From a virus, in the IMG/VR virus record IMGVR_UViG_3300045988_170206, positions 73,845 through 137,844 of that record: a DNA stretch of 64,000 nt; one strand, given 5' to 3'. Positions within the stretch are counted from its first letter, which is position 1, and every line of letters starts with the position of its first letter. Shown here one piece after another: positions 1-8,904 of this stretch. The notes beneath the pieces were generated by a model. That model was not told the DNA's origin. It made no database searches and worked only from the letters and a program-made list of their open reading frames with translations. Both the position numbers and the translations under genes were made by a program.

Positions 1-51
1 GGTGATGTAGTGGCCTCCGAGGGCCTTGATGGTGTCGTCGTAGGTAGTCAC
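1..51 (-). CDS. 5' end of an unidentified gene that runs off the left edge
   Basis: GTG at 51-49 with a GGAAAGG RBS-like sequence about 12 nt upstream on the minus strand. Reads VTTYDDTIKALGGHYIT. Too short to name. Confidence 0.3.
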   Translation of the reverse strand, partial: MTTYDDTIKALGGHYIT

Positions 52-245
52 GAGGACTCTACCTTTCCGTTGTGGTCGCAGGTGTTCAGTGTGTGAGTGT
101 TAGTGCTGGCGGGATGGTGCCCGTAATGCAGGGCACCCCCACCCATCGAGCGCTTGTCTCGCTGGTTGCGTCACCTGGTGGCAATAGGTGGCGTTCTCGG
201 CGAGGGGCGTATCGGGGTGAGGGTGCGGCCTGTGGGGGACTGGGG

Positions 246-404
246 TCACCAGTCGGAGCCACCTCCAGCGGAAGCGGTAGCGATGTCGCTGCGACCTTCG
301 GCGCGGATTTTGCTGCGCTCGACTGCGCGACCGACCTTGTAGCCGATGAAGGCGGGAACGCCAATGACGGCGATGATGGCGAGGATTGTGAGGGCCAAGT
401 GCAT
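246..404 (-). CDS. small (52 aa) predicted membrane protein
   Basis: Hand translation gives MHLALTILAIIAVIGVPAFIGYKVGRAVERSKIRAEGRSDIATASAGGGSDW. AAAGGA RBS lies 6 nt upstream. One hydrophobic helix. Not in the ORF track because it is under 60 aa. Confidence 0.45.
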   Translation of the reverse strand: MHLALTILAIIAVIGVPAFIGYKVGRAVERSKIRAEGRSDIATASAGGGSDW

Positions 405-428
405 GATGGGTCCTTTGCTTGGTTGGGG

Positions 429-682
429 TTAGGCTACGACGAGTGCCGCGGCCTTTTCGATGCGGTCGGGGCGGAACCCGCCCCAGGTCTCCAGGATAGC
501 GCCGTCCCCACTGCGGACTGCGACGACAGGCGCTTGGCTGTATCCGAGGCCCTTGATGAGGTTGAGGGAGTCCTCATCCTTGGTGACATCAACGGACTCG
601 TGGCCACGCCCAGCTTCTTGAGCTTCCTGTAGGTCGCGTCGCACTGGGGGCAGCGGGGCTTGGAGTAGACGGTGATCGACAT
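429..682 (-). pseudogene. nrdH: NrdH-like glutaredoxin-like redoxin, apparently split by a 1-nt frameshift
   Basis: The N-terminal part MSITVYSKPRCPQCDATYRKLKKLG (CxxC) is in one frame. The C-terminal part HESVDVTKDEDSLNLIKGLGYSQAPVVAV...WGGFRPDRI is in the adjacent frame. The junction is near 597-607. Confidence 0.7.
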
Positions 683-917
683 GAGTGGTTCCTTCCTATC
701 CCCACGGTGGGGGCTTGGGTTTGGTCTTCTGGGTTACGAGTATCCATCGTGGGGAGCGTCATGAGTGTAGCGGCGCACCCAAGGGTGGACATGTGCCCAT
801 CATGCCACACAAACTCAGACGTGCACGAACTGGACAGGCCATTCGCAGCGTAAATGTGCGAGATGCCTAGACGTTCTGTGCTGTTAGGCGCAGATATGTT
901 GCCTCAGAGGTGAGGGG

Positions 918-1019
918 GTAGTCCAAGTTTTGGATGACGTTCACCACCCAAGCAGGTCACTTTTTCGGGGGGGGGTAGTCCAAGTTTGAGACGACCCCGT
1001 AGTCCAAGTTCTGGACGTA
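918..1019 (+). repeat. three direct copies of a ~20-nt GTAGTCCAAGTTyTGGAyG iteron/operator-like repeat
   Basis: Copies at 918-938, 975-995 and 999-1019. The core TCCAAgttTTGGA is partly palindromic. An AT-rich stretch follows at 1021-1050. The repeats lie in a divergent intergenic region. Confidence 0.65.
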
Positions 1020-1214
1020 AACGTATATAGAAACCATTGAAGATAAAGAACTACCCCCTCTAGTCCCCCAAGCCGTTCACGCGAGGCTGTCCAAAGCGCA
1101 TGGCTGGTTGAGCAGGCGCGCGCTTCGCGCACGCGAGCGAGAGACACACGTAGTTGAATTGCACACAAAGGGAGGTGTGTGTAGACTGACGATCACCAGA
1201 AAGGAAGGAGCAAC

Positions 1215-1655
1215 ATGCTTACCACCGACCCCGTTATCCAGGCAGGCGTACTCGCCACACGCGAGTGCATGATCCCCGGAAGAGCCCGAATCAAGCACTC
1301 TGTCCAGTGCTTCCTCCGAGAGCTCATGAGGGAATGGCCTACTGACGAAAGCGAAGATCTCCTCTTCAGCATCACCGCCGCCTCTAAGCGCGTTGGCCTC
1401 GACCGCTCCGTCCTGTATGTCGGACGGCGCAACCTCGTCGCTGACGACGCGATACGTTTCCGCCAGCGCGAAGACGGCGGCATCGTCTACTACGTGGACT
1501 GGGCCAAGATCGTCAACGCTTACGGTATGAAGCGTCTTGGCGTTCAGGCTCACGGCGAGTCTCACTCGTTCGAGTCTGCGGGGTGTCCCAAGGAGCCTTG
1601 CACCCCGGAGCCGGACCCGAAACAGCACAAGCGCTCATCCAAGAAGGGAGAATGA
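1215..1655 (+). CDS. hypothetical protein, possible DNA-binding (HTH-like segment FSITAASKRVGLDRSVLY)
   Basis: ORF with a GAAAGGAAGGAG RBS. First gene of the + strand operon. Confidence 0.7.
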   Translation: MLTTDPVIQAGVLATRECMIPGRARIKHSVQCFLRELMREWPTDESEDLLFSITAASKRVGLDRSVLYVGRRNLVADDAIRFRQREDGGIVYYVDWAKIVNAYGMKRLGVQAHGESHSFESAGCPKEPCTPEPDPKQHKRSSKKGE

Positions 1656-1658
1656 GCG

Positions 1659-2294
1659 ATGTCTAGCTTCGAAGAGTGCAACGCGCAGCTCGCAGCACCC
1701 AAGCGCACGGGGGAAGATAGCCCCCTGTACGGTCTGGGAGCTGTGTCCCACCCGGCCATCGCAGTCATCCATTTCGACCCGCTGCTGGAGCACAAGCTCA
1801 CGCGCAAAGAGAGGGCCTTCATGGTCTGGTTCTTCACGCGCTGGAACGATCCCTACGTTGAGTACGACGTTGAGGGGATCATGAAGCTGACAAACATGAA
1901 GCGCGATGAAGTGCACATGACTCTCTACAACCTGTGCGCGCGCGACATCATCCGCATGAAGGCCATGCAGCGGAAGGATGACGAGACAAAGGTTGCGGTC
2001 TTCCTGTACTTCGAGCCCTCCCACCTTTTCGTGCCCGAAGCTGTGAACCTGGCTGGCTGCTTCAATGGGTGTGTCCACTCGTTCTCCGAGTGGGTTGACC
2101 CCGCACGACCAGTCACCCTCGAAGAGATCGAAGCGTCACTGCCTACCTACGAGTGGATCGATCCGCGCAACATGAAGTGGCTTCAAGCCCAGCGCGAGAA
2201 GGGGAGCAACCAGACCCGAACGCAGAAACGTCTTGCTTTCGAGGCTCAGGCCAAGAAGGACGAAGCCGGGGCGGAAACCCGGACGCAGAAGTAA
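1659..2294 (+). CDS. hypothetical protein with a winged-helix-like region
   Basis: ORF tightly coupled to the upstream gene. The segment KLTRKERAFMVWFF...MKRDEVHMTLYNLCARDIIRMK resembles the N-terminus of the next gene. Confidence 0.7.
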   Translation: MSSFEECNAQLAAPKRTGEDSPLYGLGAVSHPAIAVIHFDPLLEHKLTRKERAFMVWFFTRWNDPYVEYDVEGIMKLTNMKRDEVHMTLYNLCARDIIRMKAMQRKDDETKVAVFLYFEPSHLFVPEAVNLAGCFNGCVHSFSEWVDPARPVTLEEIEASLPTYEWIDPRNMKWLQAQREKGSNQTRTQKRLAFEAQAKKDEAGAETRTQK

Positions 2295-2370
2295 AAGCAA
2301 GAGGGGGAACCCCTTGAGGCTCCCCCTCTCTCATAGAAAGATAGCTATATTGTATCAGCTTTTTGACGGA

Positions 2371-3798
2371 ATGCACGTGTCTGCACTCCACGCTGCCGTC
2401 AACTTCCGCAAGCACCTCAAGGTGGACCTGAGTCGCAGGGAAGTTCTGACACTCATGGCGCTGTTCACCTTCTGGCAGTGCAAGATCATCAGCCCCTCCT
2501 ACAACCTCCTCCTCGAGCGGTGTGTTGGCGCAAAGCGCTCCACGATGTTCACCGCCATGAAGTCCCTCGAGGACCGAGGCCTCCTCATTCGACGCTCGTT
2601 CCTGGATCGCAAGGACGGGTCGCGCCACGTCGTGTTCTTCCTGGACCTCCCTGGGATCTTCACCGACGAATGCTGCGCGCAGCTCGACTCCGATCCCAAG
2701 TCGCCGATCACGACCCGTCACACCATCGAAGTGGGGCGAACTGCCAGCACTGAGGAAATCCTCGCCATGGTCACGTTCGCTGACGTGTCCCAGTGGCAGG
2801 AAATCGACTGCAAGCTGACACGTAGGAAGCTGCCACTAGGTAACTTCGACGACCTAAGCGGCTTCCTCCTGCCCTGCCCGGACAACTTTCCTGTGCACGA
2901 AGAGGAAGAGCCAAAGCCGGAGCTGTGCGTCGCAGTCAGCGACAACCAAGGCGATCTCTTCGACATGCTGCACGAAGCGAAGACACAGGAAACCAGCAAC
3001 AAGGCCGCGGCAACGCATGGCACGGAAGACCAAGGCGCATATGGCACGTTGTGGCCTACTGCCGCCACCATCCCTGGCGGCTCAGTGTGGACCCCTGCCG
3101 ACGTGGAGGACACGTCCACGGTGCCCGCTACTCCAGCAGCGGGAGAGAGCGTCCAGGAGCGCGCTGAGCGCATCATCCGCGACCATCCTGGCGACGACAT
3201 GATCGATGCTGAGATCATCGACGTGGAGATCGTCGAAGACGAAACCCCCTCGGACGCGCTGATCGACGTTCCCGCGTCCCAGGAGCTCGCCATCGCCACC
3301 CCTGCGGTGCCCGTGAAGGCCAAGAAGCAGACCGGCTACACCGATGACTTTGAGAACTTCTGGCGCACCTACCCGCGCCGCATCGAGAAGAAGTCCGCCT
3401 TCAAGGCATGGAAGACTGCGCTCAAGAGCGGAGCAACCGCCGACGAGATCACCGCAGGCGCAGCCCGCTACGCCAAGTACCGCGCAGGCGAACCCGAGCG
3501 CTTCACAAAGCACCCCTCGACCTGGCTCAACCAGGGATGCTGGGAGGACGAGTACTCGACCGCCGGCATCGGCTACGGATACAACGGCGGCAACGGCACT
3601 GGCCTCGTTGCTCGCACACCAGAGGAGGCCGAATACCTCCGCCAGCTCGACAACTCCTGCTCGGAGATGTTCTACCGCAGCCTCGGCTTCAACAGCGCTG
3701 AGGAATACGTTGAGTACCAGCGAGGAATCGCCGAACTCAACGCCCGAGAAGCCGAAGCTGCATACGCCGAAGCCGCAGCCCGACGCATCGCTTTCTGA
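2371..3798 (+). CDS. putative replication/replisome-organiser-like protein (N-terminal MarR-like winged helix, C-terminal phage replication-protein-type domain)
   Basis: Start moved to the ATG at 2371, after the stop at 2294 and an intergenic hairpin. The C-terminus YTDDFENFWRTYPRRIEKKSAFKAWKTALKSG...HPSTWLNQGCWEDEY matches the F..FW..YP.k..k..A...w motif of phage DnaD-like/replication-protein C-terminal domains. Confidence 0.65.
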   Translation: MHVSALHAAVNFRKHLKVDLSRREVLTLMALFTFWQCKIISPSYNLLLERCVGAKRSTMFTAMKSLEDRGLLIRRSFLDRKDGSRHVVFFLDLPGIFTDECCAQLDSDPKSPITTRHTIEVGRTASTEEILAMVTFADVSQWQEIDCKLTRRKLPLGNFDDLSGFLLPCPDNFPVHEEEEPKPELCVAVSDNQGDLFDMLHEAKTQETSNKAAATHGTEDQGAYGTLWPTAATIPGGSVWTPADVEDTSTVPATPAAGESVQERAERIIRDHPGDDMIDAEIIDVEIVEDETPSDALIDVPASQELAIATPAVPVKAKKQTGYTDDFENFWRTYPRRIEKKSAFKAWKTALKSGATADEITAGAARYAKYRAGEPERFTKHPSTWLNQGCWEDEYSTAGIGYGYNGGNGTGLVARTPEEAEYLRQLDNSCSEMFYRSLGFNSAEEYVEYQRGIAELNAREAEAAYAEAAARRIAF

Positions 3799-3816
3799 CC
3801 CCGAAAAGAGCCTCCA

Positions 3817-4620
3817 ATGCCGAACTTCTCATACGACACGCTCGCGAAACTCATGAAGCGAGCCATCGACACCAACCAGCTGGCCTCGAAACCGAACAGC
3901 CCCCAGGAGTTCCCCCAATTCGTCGCATCCTGGGCGGAACTCATCCTCCCCTGCGCCACAGACAAGAACCTCCAGGAAGCCTTCGCAGCAGTGGTCGGAG
4001 GCCAGTACGGCCCCTACAAGATCAGCGTGGCAGCACTCAACCAAGCTATCCGCGAAGCCCGCTCGAAGCGCGTGAGAGACTGGCTAGAGCGCTCGCGCAT
4101 CGCCATTGACTTCCAGCCGCCCTACGAGCGGGAACTCCTCTACGAGAAGGTCTTCTACGACTGCATCGCCGGCGGTGGCAGCGACACAGCAGCCGACCAA
4201 TATGGCAGGCAGGCACTCGAGCGCGCCAACGAGTACTTCGCAACAAACAGCAAGATCACCTGGCGCGACATCCTTGACCAGACAGAAGCGAGCCTGAAAG
4301 CAGGCTCATTCCGCCGCCCCGAACTCGCCCTCCCATCAAGCCGCACAAAGGACAACTACCTCGTCTCCGCGCGCGACATCGTGACCATGATCCCCGAAGC
4401 GGGACAGAAGCGACAGCTGACAGCAGGCACCCAGACCGCCAGCAATGAGCCTGTGGAACGTCCTCGTGCCGTCCAGGCAGCTATCGAAGCAGCCCGACGC
4501 AAGATGAGCCTCCATGCAGCAGAAGAACGCCGCAAGCAGGAACGCCTGCGCCAGAACCTTGACGGACGCTTCCAGCGCCTTACAGGCATCGACCCCACCA
4601 CCATCGAACCACAACGATAA
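3817..4620 (+). CDS. hypothetical protein
   Basis: 267-aa ORF, same strand, with composition typical of the window. Confidence 0.7.
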   Translation: MPNFSYDTLAKLMKRAIDTNQLASKPNSPQEFPQFVASWAELILPCATDKNLQEAFAAVVGGQYGPYKISVAALNQAIREARSKRVRDWLERSRIAIDFQPPYERELLYEKVFYDCIAGGGSDTAADQYGRQALERANEYFATNSKITWRDILDQTEASLKAGSFRRPELALPSSRTKDNYLVSARDIVTMIPEAGQKRQLTAGTQTASNEPVERPRAVQAAIEAARRKMSLHAAEERRKQERLRQNLDGRFQRLTGIDPTTIEPQR

Positions 4621-4633
4621 GAAATCGCACACC

Positions 4634-5029
4634 ATGAACTCCCAGATCGCCCTCCTCAACATCACCTTTGGAATGCTTGTATGCCTAGTGTGGCATCCCC
4701 TGCTCGCATCTCCCTCCTTGTGGAGGAAACGCAAGAATCTGAGCGAAGAACAACGCGCTAGACTGTATTTCACGCGAGCGCTGGCCATTATCGCCGTACT
4801 CGGTCTAGCCCACATGTTGAGTGTAGTAACCCTAGGGTGGTCATCTGCGCATGAGCTGCTGTCGGCTAAAAGCTACACGCTTCTCATTACTGCGGCGGGC
4901 ATTTCCTCGTGCATTGTTGGATCATGGATGCTCCTAATTCAACGGAAGCGCGAAACCCCCGAATATGACGGGCGATCCTTTATCGCCATTGGGCTGTTCA
5001 TCCTCGTCACAAACTTCCTCATCTCCTGA
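4634..5029 (+). CDS. predicted multi-pass membrane protein
   Basis: Internal ATG at 4634 just after the upstream stop. Several hydrophobic helices. Locally AT-richer. Confidence 0.6.
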   Translation: MNSQIALLNITFGMLVCLVWHPLLASPSLWRKRKNLSEEQRARLYFTRALAIIAVLGLAHMLSVVTLGWSSAHELLSAKSYTLLITAAGISSCIVGSWMLLIQRKRETPEYDGRSFIAIGLFILVTNFLIS

Positions 5030-5050
5030 CACGCCCCCGGAAGGACCAAC

Positions 5051-6115
5051 ATGAACACCCAGGAAATCACGCTGGACCACAACAGCGACGACGGCCTCTA
5101 CACGAAACTCCTACGAGGCCGCTACGTTACCAGCGTCGAAGGCAGCATCATCACTCTCGACGACGGGACAGAACTCCACATCTACGGCAACGAAGGATGC
5201 GGCGGCTGCTCGAGCGGCTGGTACTGGCTCGAAGAAACCTTCAAGCGCGGCAACCGCAAGGCCCGTATCATGAGCGCCTACGTAGCCTACAGTGAGGACA
5301 GGACAGAAGACGAACCTGCCAGATCCGTCTACACGATCTTCGTGCTGGTGGACGGCAACCCCACCCAGCTTCCCCTCGCGACCGTGCGGGGCACCGACGG
5401 CAACGGCTACTACGGCACCGGCTTCACGCTCACCGCCACCATCCAAAAGCCCCCGACAGTGACCGCCACGGTCACGTCACGGGACATCATCAACGCGCTC
5501 GTGGACGGGCAAACACCCTCTGATGTCCCTGACATCCGCAACCGTGAAGACCTCCTCAACGCCGTCGTCTACACGCTCCAGCAGACGCGGGGCTTCGACT
5601 CTCCTCTGCGCATCACCGGGCCAGAGGCCCAGCTTTTCCGCAAGCTGGCCTCTATTCAGTACGGAGACCGCGGCCCCTACTATGTGGGCGCATGGTATGG
5701 CTTCCACCAAACACTCCTCCTCTGGTTTGCCGACATGGAGGGAGGCCTATCCCTCGTCCTGCGCGACTTATCCAACGGAGCGGAAGGCTACGTGGCGAAA
5801 CTACGCGACTTTACAGAACGAGTGCGCGCCTCCAAGGAGCCTATCAAGACCTTCGTCACCGGCTACGACTTGAAAGGCGACACAGCCACCGTCAACGGAG
5901 TCCGAGTGCCGGCCACCGACTTCCTCCTCTCCGAAGTCTGCGGCTTCCACGGCAATCGCATCGGCTACGAGAGCACTTACATCCATGATTGGATCTTCTT
6001 CCGCTACGGCGCGCGCATCATCAAGCACCGTGCAGGCGGACGCGGAGACGTTACAATCACCTCAGACACCCAGAGCGTTTGGGCAGTAAACCCCCAGAAA
6101 GGCATCGCATCATGA
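5051..6115 (+). CDS. hypothetical protein, paralog family A (GNEGCGGCSSGWY motif)
   Basis: 354-aa ORF. Clear similarity to 12707..13807 (LLRGRYV..., ITLDDGT..., GNEGCG.C.SGWY, ARIMSA.VA, YT.FV.VDGNP..LPLAT.RG.DG.G.YGTGF). Confidence 0.8.
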   Translation: MNTQEITLDHNSDDGLYTKLLRGRYVTSVEGSIITLDDGTELHIYGNEGCGGCSSGWYWLEETFKRGNRKARIMSAYVAYSEDRTEDEPARSVYTIFVLVDGNPTQLPLATVRGTDGNGYYGTGFTLTATIQKPPTVTATVTSRDIINALVDGQTPSDVPDIRNREDLLNAVVYTLQQTRGFDSPLRITGPEAQLFRKLASIQYGDRGPYYVGAWYGFHQTLLLWFADMEGGLSLVLRDLSNGAEGYVAKLRDFTERVRASKEPIKTFVTGYDLKGDTATVNGVRVPATDFLLSEVCGFHGNRIGYESTYIHDWIFFRYGARIIKHRAGGRGDVTITSDTQSVWAVNPQKGIAS

Positions 6116-6645
6116 CCAAGAAGACCCGCAGCAAGCACCGCGGCGCGCCACGTCGAGGAACCCCCCTCCGTGGCCTTGCCCGACTCGTCCGCCCACTCAC
6201 CGCCATCATTGGTGTCGCCAGCGGCATCATGGCATCGTTCGCACTCGCGGACATGAACCGAGCCATCAGCATCAACGACGCTGTACTCGCCTCACACCCC
6301 CCGCAGGACGCGACAACCACGATCCCTAACCCGCTCCCCGAGGGCACCATCACCGCTCTCGTCTCCTCCCACGCCGGTAGTGCGGGCTACAGCTCCACCG
6401 CCGGAGTCCTCATCGAACCTATCTGGCTCTTCCACCCACGCATGAGCTTCATCCTGGCACTCATCGCAGTCCTCGCGCTCGCATCCTGGATCACCAAACA
6501 CAGCAGATGGAACACCCTCCCCTTCGTCCGCAAGTTCCACATCGAGGCCCCCAAACCTCGCTGGTGGTGGGAGTTCACCGGCTACGCCGAAGTCTTCCTC
6601 CTCGTCAGCCTCACCGCCACCGTGATCTACACGCTCGGCAGATAG
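6112..6645 (+). CDS. predicted membrane protein
   Basis: ATG at 6112 overlaps the upstream stop (ATGA). Basic N-terminus followed by TM helices. Confidence 0.7.
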   Translation: MTKKTRSKHRGAPRRGTPLRGLARLVRPLTAIIGVASGIMASFALADMNRAISINDAVLASHPPQDATTTIPNPLPEGTITALVSSHAGSAGYSSTAGVLIEPIWLFHPRMSFILALIAVLALASWITKHSRWNTLPFVRKFHIEAPKPRWWWEFTGYAEVFLLVSLTATVIYTLGR

Positions 6646-6657
6646 CACTCAGCACGA

Positions 6658-6700
6658 CAAAGCGGCCCGGCACCCCACCATGGGGAACGCCGGGCCGCTT
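6658..6700. terminator. bidirectional stem-loop between convergent genes
   Basis: AAAGCGGCCCGGC (6658-6670) pairs with GCCGGGCCGCTTT (6688-6700). It sits between the + gene ending at 6645 and the - gene ending at 6711. Confidence 0.6.
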
Positions 6701-6710
6701 TCGTATGCGA

Positions 6711-7676
6711 TCAGTCGCCGATCAGGGAACCATCAGCACCGATACGCGCCGTGAGTTTGTAGGTGTAGCCCCACTTGTACTCCTTTTCCTTGTAGCCGAG
6801 GTCGTGAAGCAGCTGCATCCACGACTCGTAGCCGCCCTTGGTGAGAGCGTCACGGAAACGCTCCAGATCATCCTCTGCGAGCTCAGGCGAAACCTCAACA
6901 CGCTCAACGCTTGGGAGGATGGGCTCTCGCTCACCAAACGCGCCCAGAACATACGGCTCCGCACTGTAGATGACTGTCACTTCATGCTCGCCGGAGTCGA
7001 GTCCAAACTCAGACAGACGCTCCTTCAACGTGAACCGCTCGCGAGGCTTCCAGCCCTCGCAACGGTCCAGGCGCTCGCTCAGGTCGCGCACGGCAGCAAG
7101 CATCGGACGCGACGCTGCGATGGTCAATGCAGCAAGCTCGAGCGGCACGATGAACCGATCATCTTCCTCTTCGGCGGGCTTGACGTACTCGAACTCTGCG
7201 CCACAGCAGTCAAAGCCGATAGGCGCACTGAATCGCCGCTCCTGCGTAGCATCAGGGGTCACGGGAACCCGCAGAACAGCAACAACCTCCTCGCCCTTGT
7301 TGTACTTGTCGTCAAAAGTCCACGTGAGGACCAGAACACCACCACGCAAGGCAGCTGAAACGCTGCGAAGAGGTCCAGCGGCAAACGTCACGTCAGACTC
7401 CTCGTTGAGATCTACCTCAAAGCACTGAGCGAAGGTCCGCGCAGCGCCCCTGTGAGAATCTGTTGCGATCAAGCAGTCCACAGCGATATGCGCATAGAGC
7501 CTAGGGTTCCCTGACTCAATAGCTCGTTCGACATCGTGCTTGAGGAAGTTCTCGAACCAAGTCCGAGCCTTCGCGAAGTCAGGGTGCGCCTTCTCGTAGG
7601 CGATGTAGTACTCCTGCTGAGCGGTCTCGAACCTGTCGTGAGCTTCCTTGAGGCTGGCGGGGGTGTAGGTGGACAT
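6711..7676 (-). CDS. hypothetical protein (minus-strand island)
   Basis: 321-aa ORF with an AGGAG RBS. No family recognised. Confidence 0.8.
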   Translation of the reverse strand: MSTYTPASLKEAHDRFETAQQEYYIAYEKAHPDFAKARTWFENFLKHDVERAIESGNPRLYAHIAVDCLIATDSHRGAARTFAQCFEVDLNEESDVTFAAGPLRSVSAALRGGVLVLTWTFDDKYNKGEEVVAVLRVPVTPDATQERRFSAPIGFDCCGAEFEYVKPAEEEDDRFIVPLELAALTIAASRPMLAAVRDLSERLDRCEGWKPRERFTLKERLSEFGLDSGEHEVTVIYSAEPYVLGAFGEREPILPSVERVEVSPELAEDDLERFRDALTKGGYESWMQLLHDLGYKEKEYKWGYTYKLTARIGADGSLIGD

Positions 7677-7711
7677 TGCGGGGCTCCTGACGTTCTGGGT
7701 AGTAGGGGGTG

Positions 7712-7879
7712 TTAGCGGTGGTTGAGTCTCGAGCTTCGAGCTGTCACCCGTCGCCTGTCGGCTTTTGACGCGCGCCGCTTGGAGGAGGGTGCGTAGGTGA
7801 ACATGAAGACGATGGCGGGGAGTGAACCCAGCACAGGGGCGAGCACTGCAATGAGGGCAATCGAGCTGGCAAGTGACAT
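7712..7879 (-). CDS. small predicted membrane protein (55 aa)
   Basis: ATG at 7879 preceded by GGGAGG. Reads MSLASSIALIAVLAPVLGSLPAIVFMF... followed by a basic tail. Confidence 0.5.
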   Translation of the reverse strand: MSLASSIALIAVLAPVLGSLPAIVFMFTYAPSSKRRASKADRRRVTARSSRLNHR

Positions 7880-7964
7880 GTGGGGCCTCCCTTTCTCACA
7901 TATCCACAGGAGTTGTGAACAAGACTGAGTGTAGCATCCCAAAATGGAGTACGCAAGTAGGGTA

Positions 7965-7981
7965 GTAGTCCAACATGGGGA
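7965..7981 (+). promoter_or_regulatory. GTAGTCCAA-N-TGGGGA motif copy
   Basis: GTAGTCCAACATGGGGA in an intergenic region. It shares the GTAGTCCAA core with the repeats at 918-1019 and the copy at 10576. Confidence 0.4.
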
Positions 7982-8013
7982 CGAGAGAAAGCCTCCCGCC
8001 CCTACGCGCGCAT

Positions 8014-8241
8014 CTATCGGCCAATCGCTGCCCGATCACCACCAACACGCTGCCGACCAGGAGTTCCCACACCGCTCTGATAGCCGTCCACTTCGCCCCG
8101 GCTCACGCCGTTACGGTAGAGCGTCATCCGACTCTTGCTGACACGTTGGTTCGGGAACGCCTCATTGATGCGACGCTCAGCACGCGAAGCCCTCCCCATG
8201 GCCACCAGCTCCTTCGACGTTCCCAATGCTCCATCTCTCAC
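8014..8241 (-). CDS. possible small HTH protein or remnant (resolvase C-terminal-like helix-turn-helix)
   Basis: The frame contains GTSKELVAMGRASRAERRINEAFPNQRVSKSRMTLYRNGV. The start is uncertain (GTG 8241 or ATG 8199). Coding signal is weak. Confidence 0.3.
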   Translation of the reverse strand: MRDGALGTSKELVAMGRASRAERRINEAFPNQRVSKSRMTLYRNGVSRGEVDGYQSGVGTPGRQRVGGDRAAIGR

Positions 8242-8433
8242 AGCTGCGCGAACTCGAGCGCAGACAGATACAGAGTAACAACGCACACAACAAGCAACCT
8301 GTAGCAGCAGGCCAATACACAGCCCCCTCCACGCCTTACGCCGCAGGAGTCTAAGTTGGATTACATGGCTTGCGCGACCGTCCAACCTAGACTACAGTCT
8401 AACCCAAGGAACTCAGAAAGAAAGAAGGCCGTC

Positions 8434-8904
8434 ATGCTCACCCGGAAAATAATCGCCATCGGTGCACGCTCCAACCTCGCCGAGGTAACTATCTTCGACA
8501 GCAATGAAGTTGTCGAATACCTCAAACAGCGCGACTGGTATCTCCCCAGTGAGTCCTTCATTAAGATCGCGCCAGACGAATACTGCCTGATCGATAATTT
8601 AGCAATCATGCCCGGCATGGATGTCGTTGATGAACAGCGTACCCGTGAGCGGATCGCAGCCAAAACCGCAGGGCTAAAAGAGTTGCAAAAACGTAAGCGC
8701 CATGCAGCTATCATGAGTATGATCCTCGCAGTAGGGATCGCAATGGTGCTCGCATATCTGATGCTAAGTACAACTGAAAGTTGGGACCATATGACCACAA
8801 AAGAAAGCGTACTTACTTTCGTAATGGCATTTTTTACCTTCTTCCCTTTCGTTGGGATCGGCGTCCTGGCAGTAATTGACTTGAAAGGAGGGTGTCATGA
8901 CTGA
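8434..8904 (+). CDS. predicted membrane protein (AT-richer island)
   Basis: ATG at 8434 after a GAAAGAAAGAAGG sequence. C-terminal TM helices. Composition clearly AT-richer than the flanks. Confidence 0.65.
   Translation: MLTRKIIAIGARSNLAEVTIFDSNEVVEYLKQRDWYLPSESFIKIAPDEYCLIDNLAIMPGMDVVDEQRTRERIAAKTAGLKELQKRKRHAAIMSMILAVGIAMVLAYLMLSTTESWDHMTTKESVLTFVMAFFTFFPFVGIGVLAVIDLKGGCHD

Noticed and set aside
685-870. Small + strand ORFs in the nrdH upstream region, and ORF 7975..8304.
   Set aside because: They have no RBS and biased, non-protein-like composition, and they lie in regions better explained as promoter or operator DNA.
2300-2329. The hairpin AGAGGGGGA/TCCCCCTCT between 2294 and 2371 as a terminator.
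   Set aside because: There is no downstream T tract on the + strand, and the next gene belongs to the same functional module. It is possibly an attenuator or RNA-stability element, but the evidence is insufficient to annotate it.
2233-2370. Upstream start for the replication-like gene, and similar track starts at 4514, 5989, 8356, 8967, 9866, 21718, 24210, 27654, 31206, 31866, 34781, 36626, 37303, 37901, 39109, 40209, 40723, 48641, 53311, 57131, 58701 and 59377.
   Set aside because: These earliest in-frame starts overlap the preceding gene or lack an RBS. Internal starts placed just after the upstream stop, with GAAAGGA-type RBSs, fit the operon structure better.
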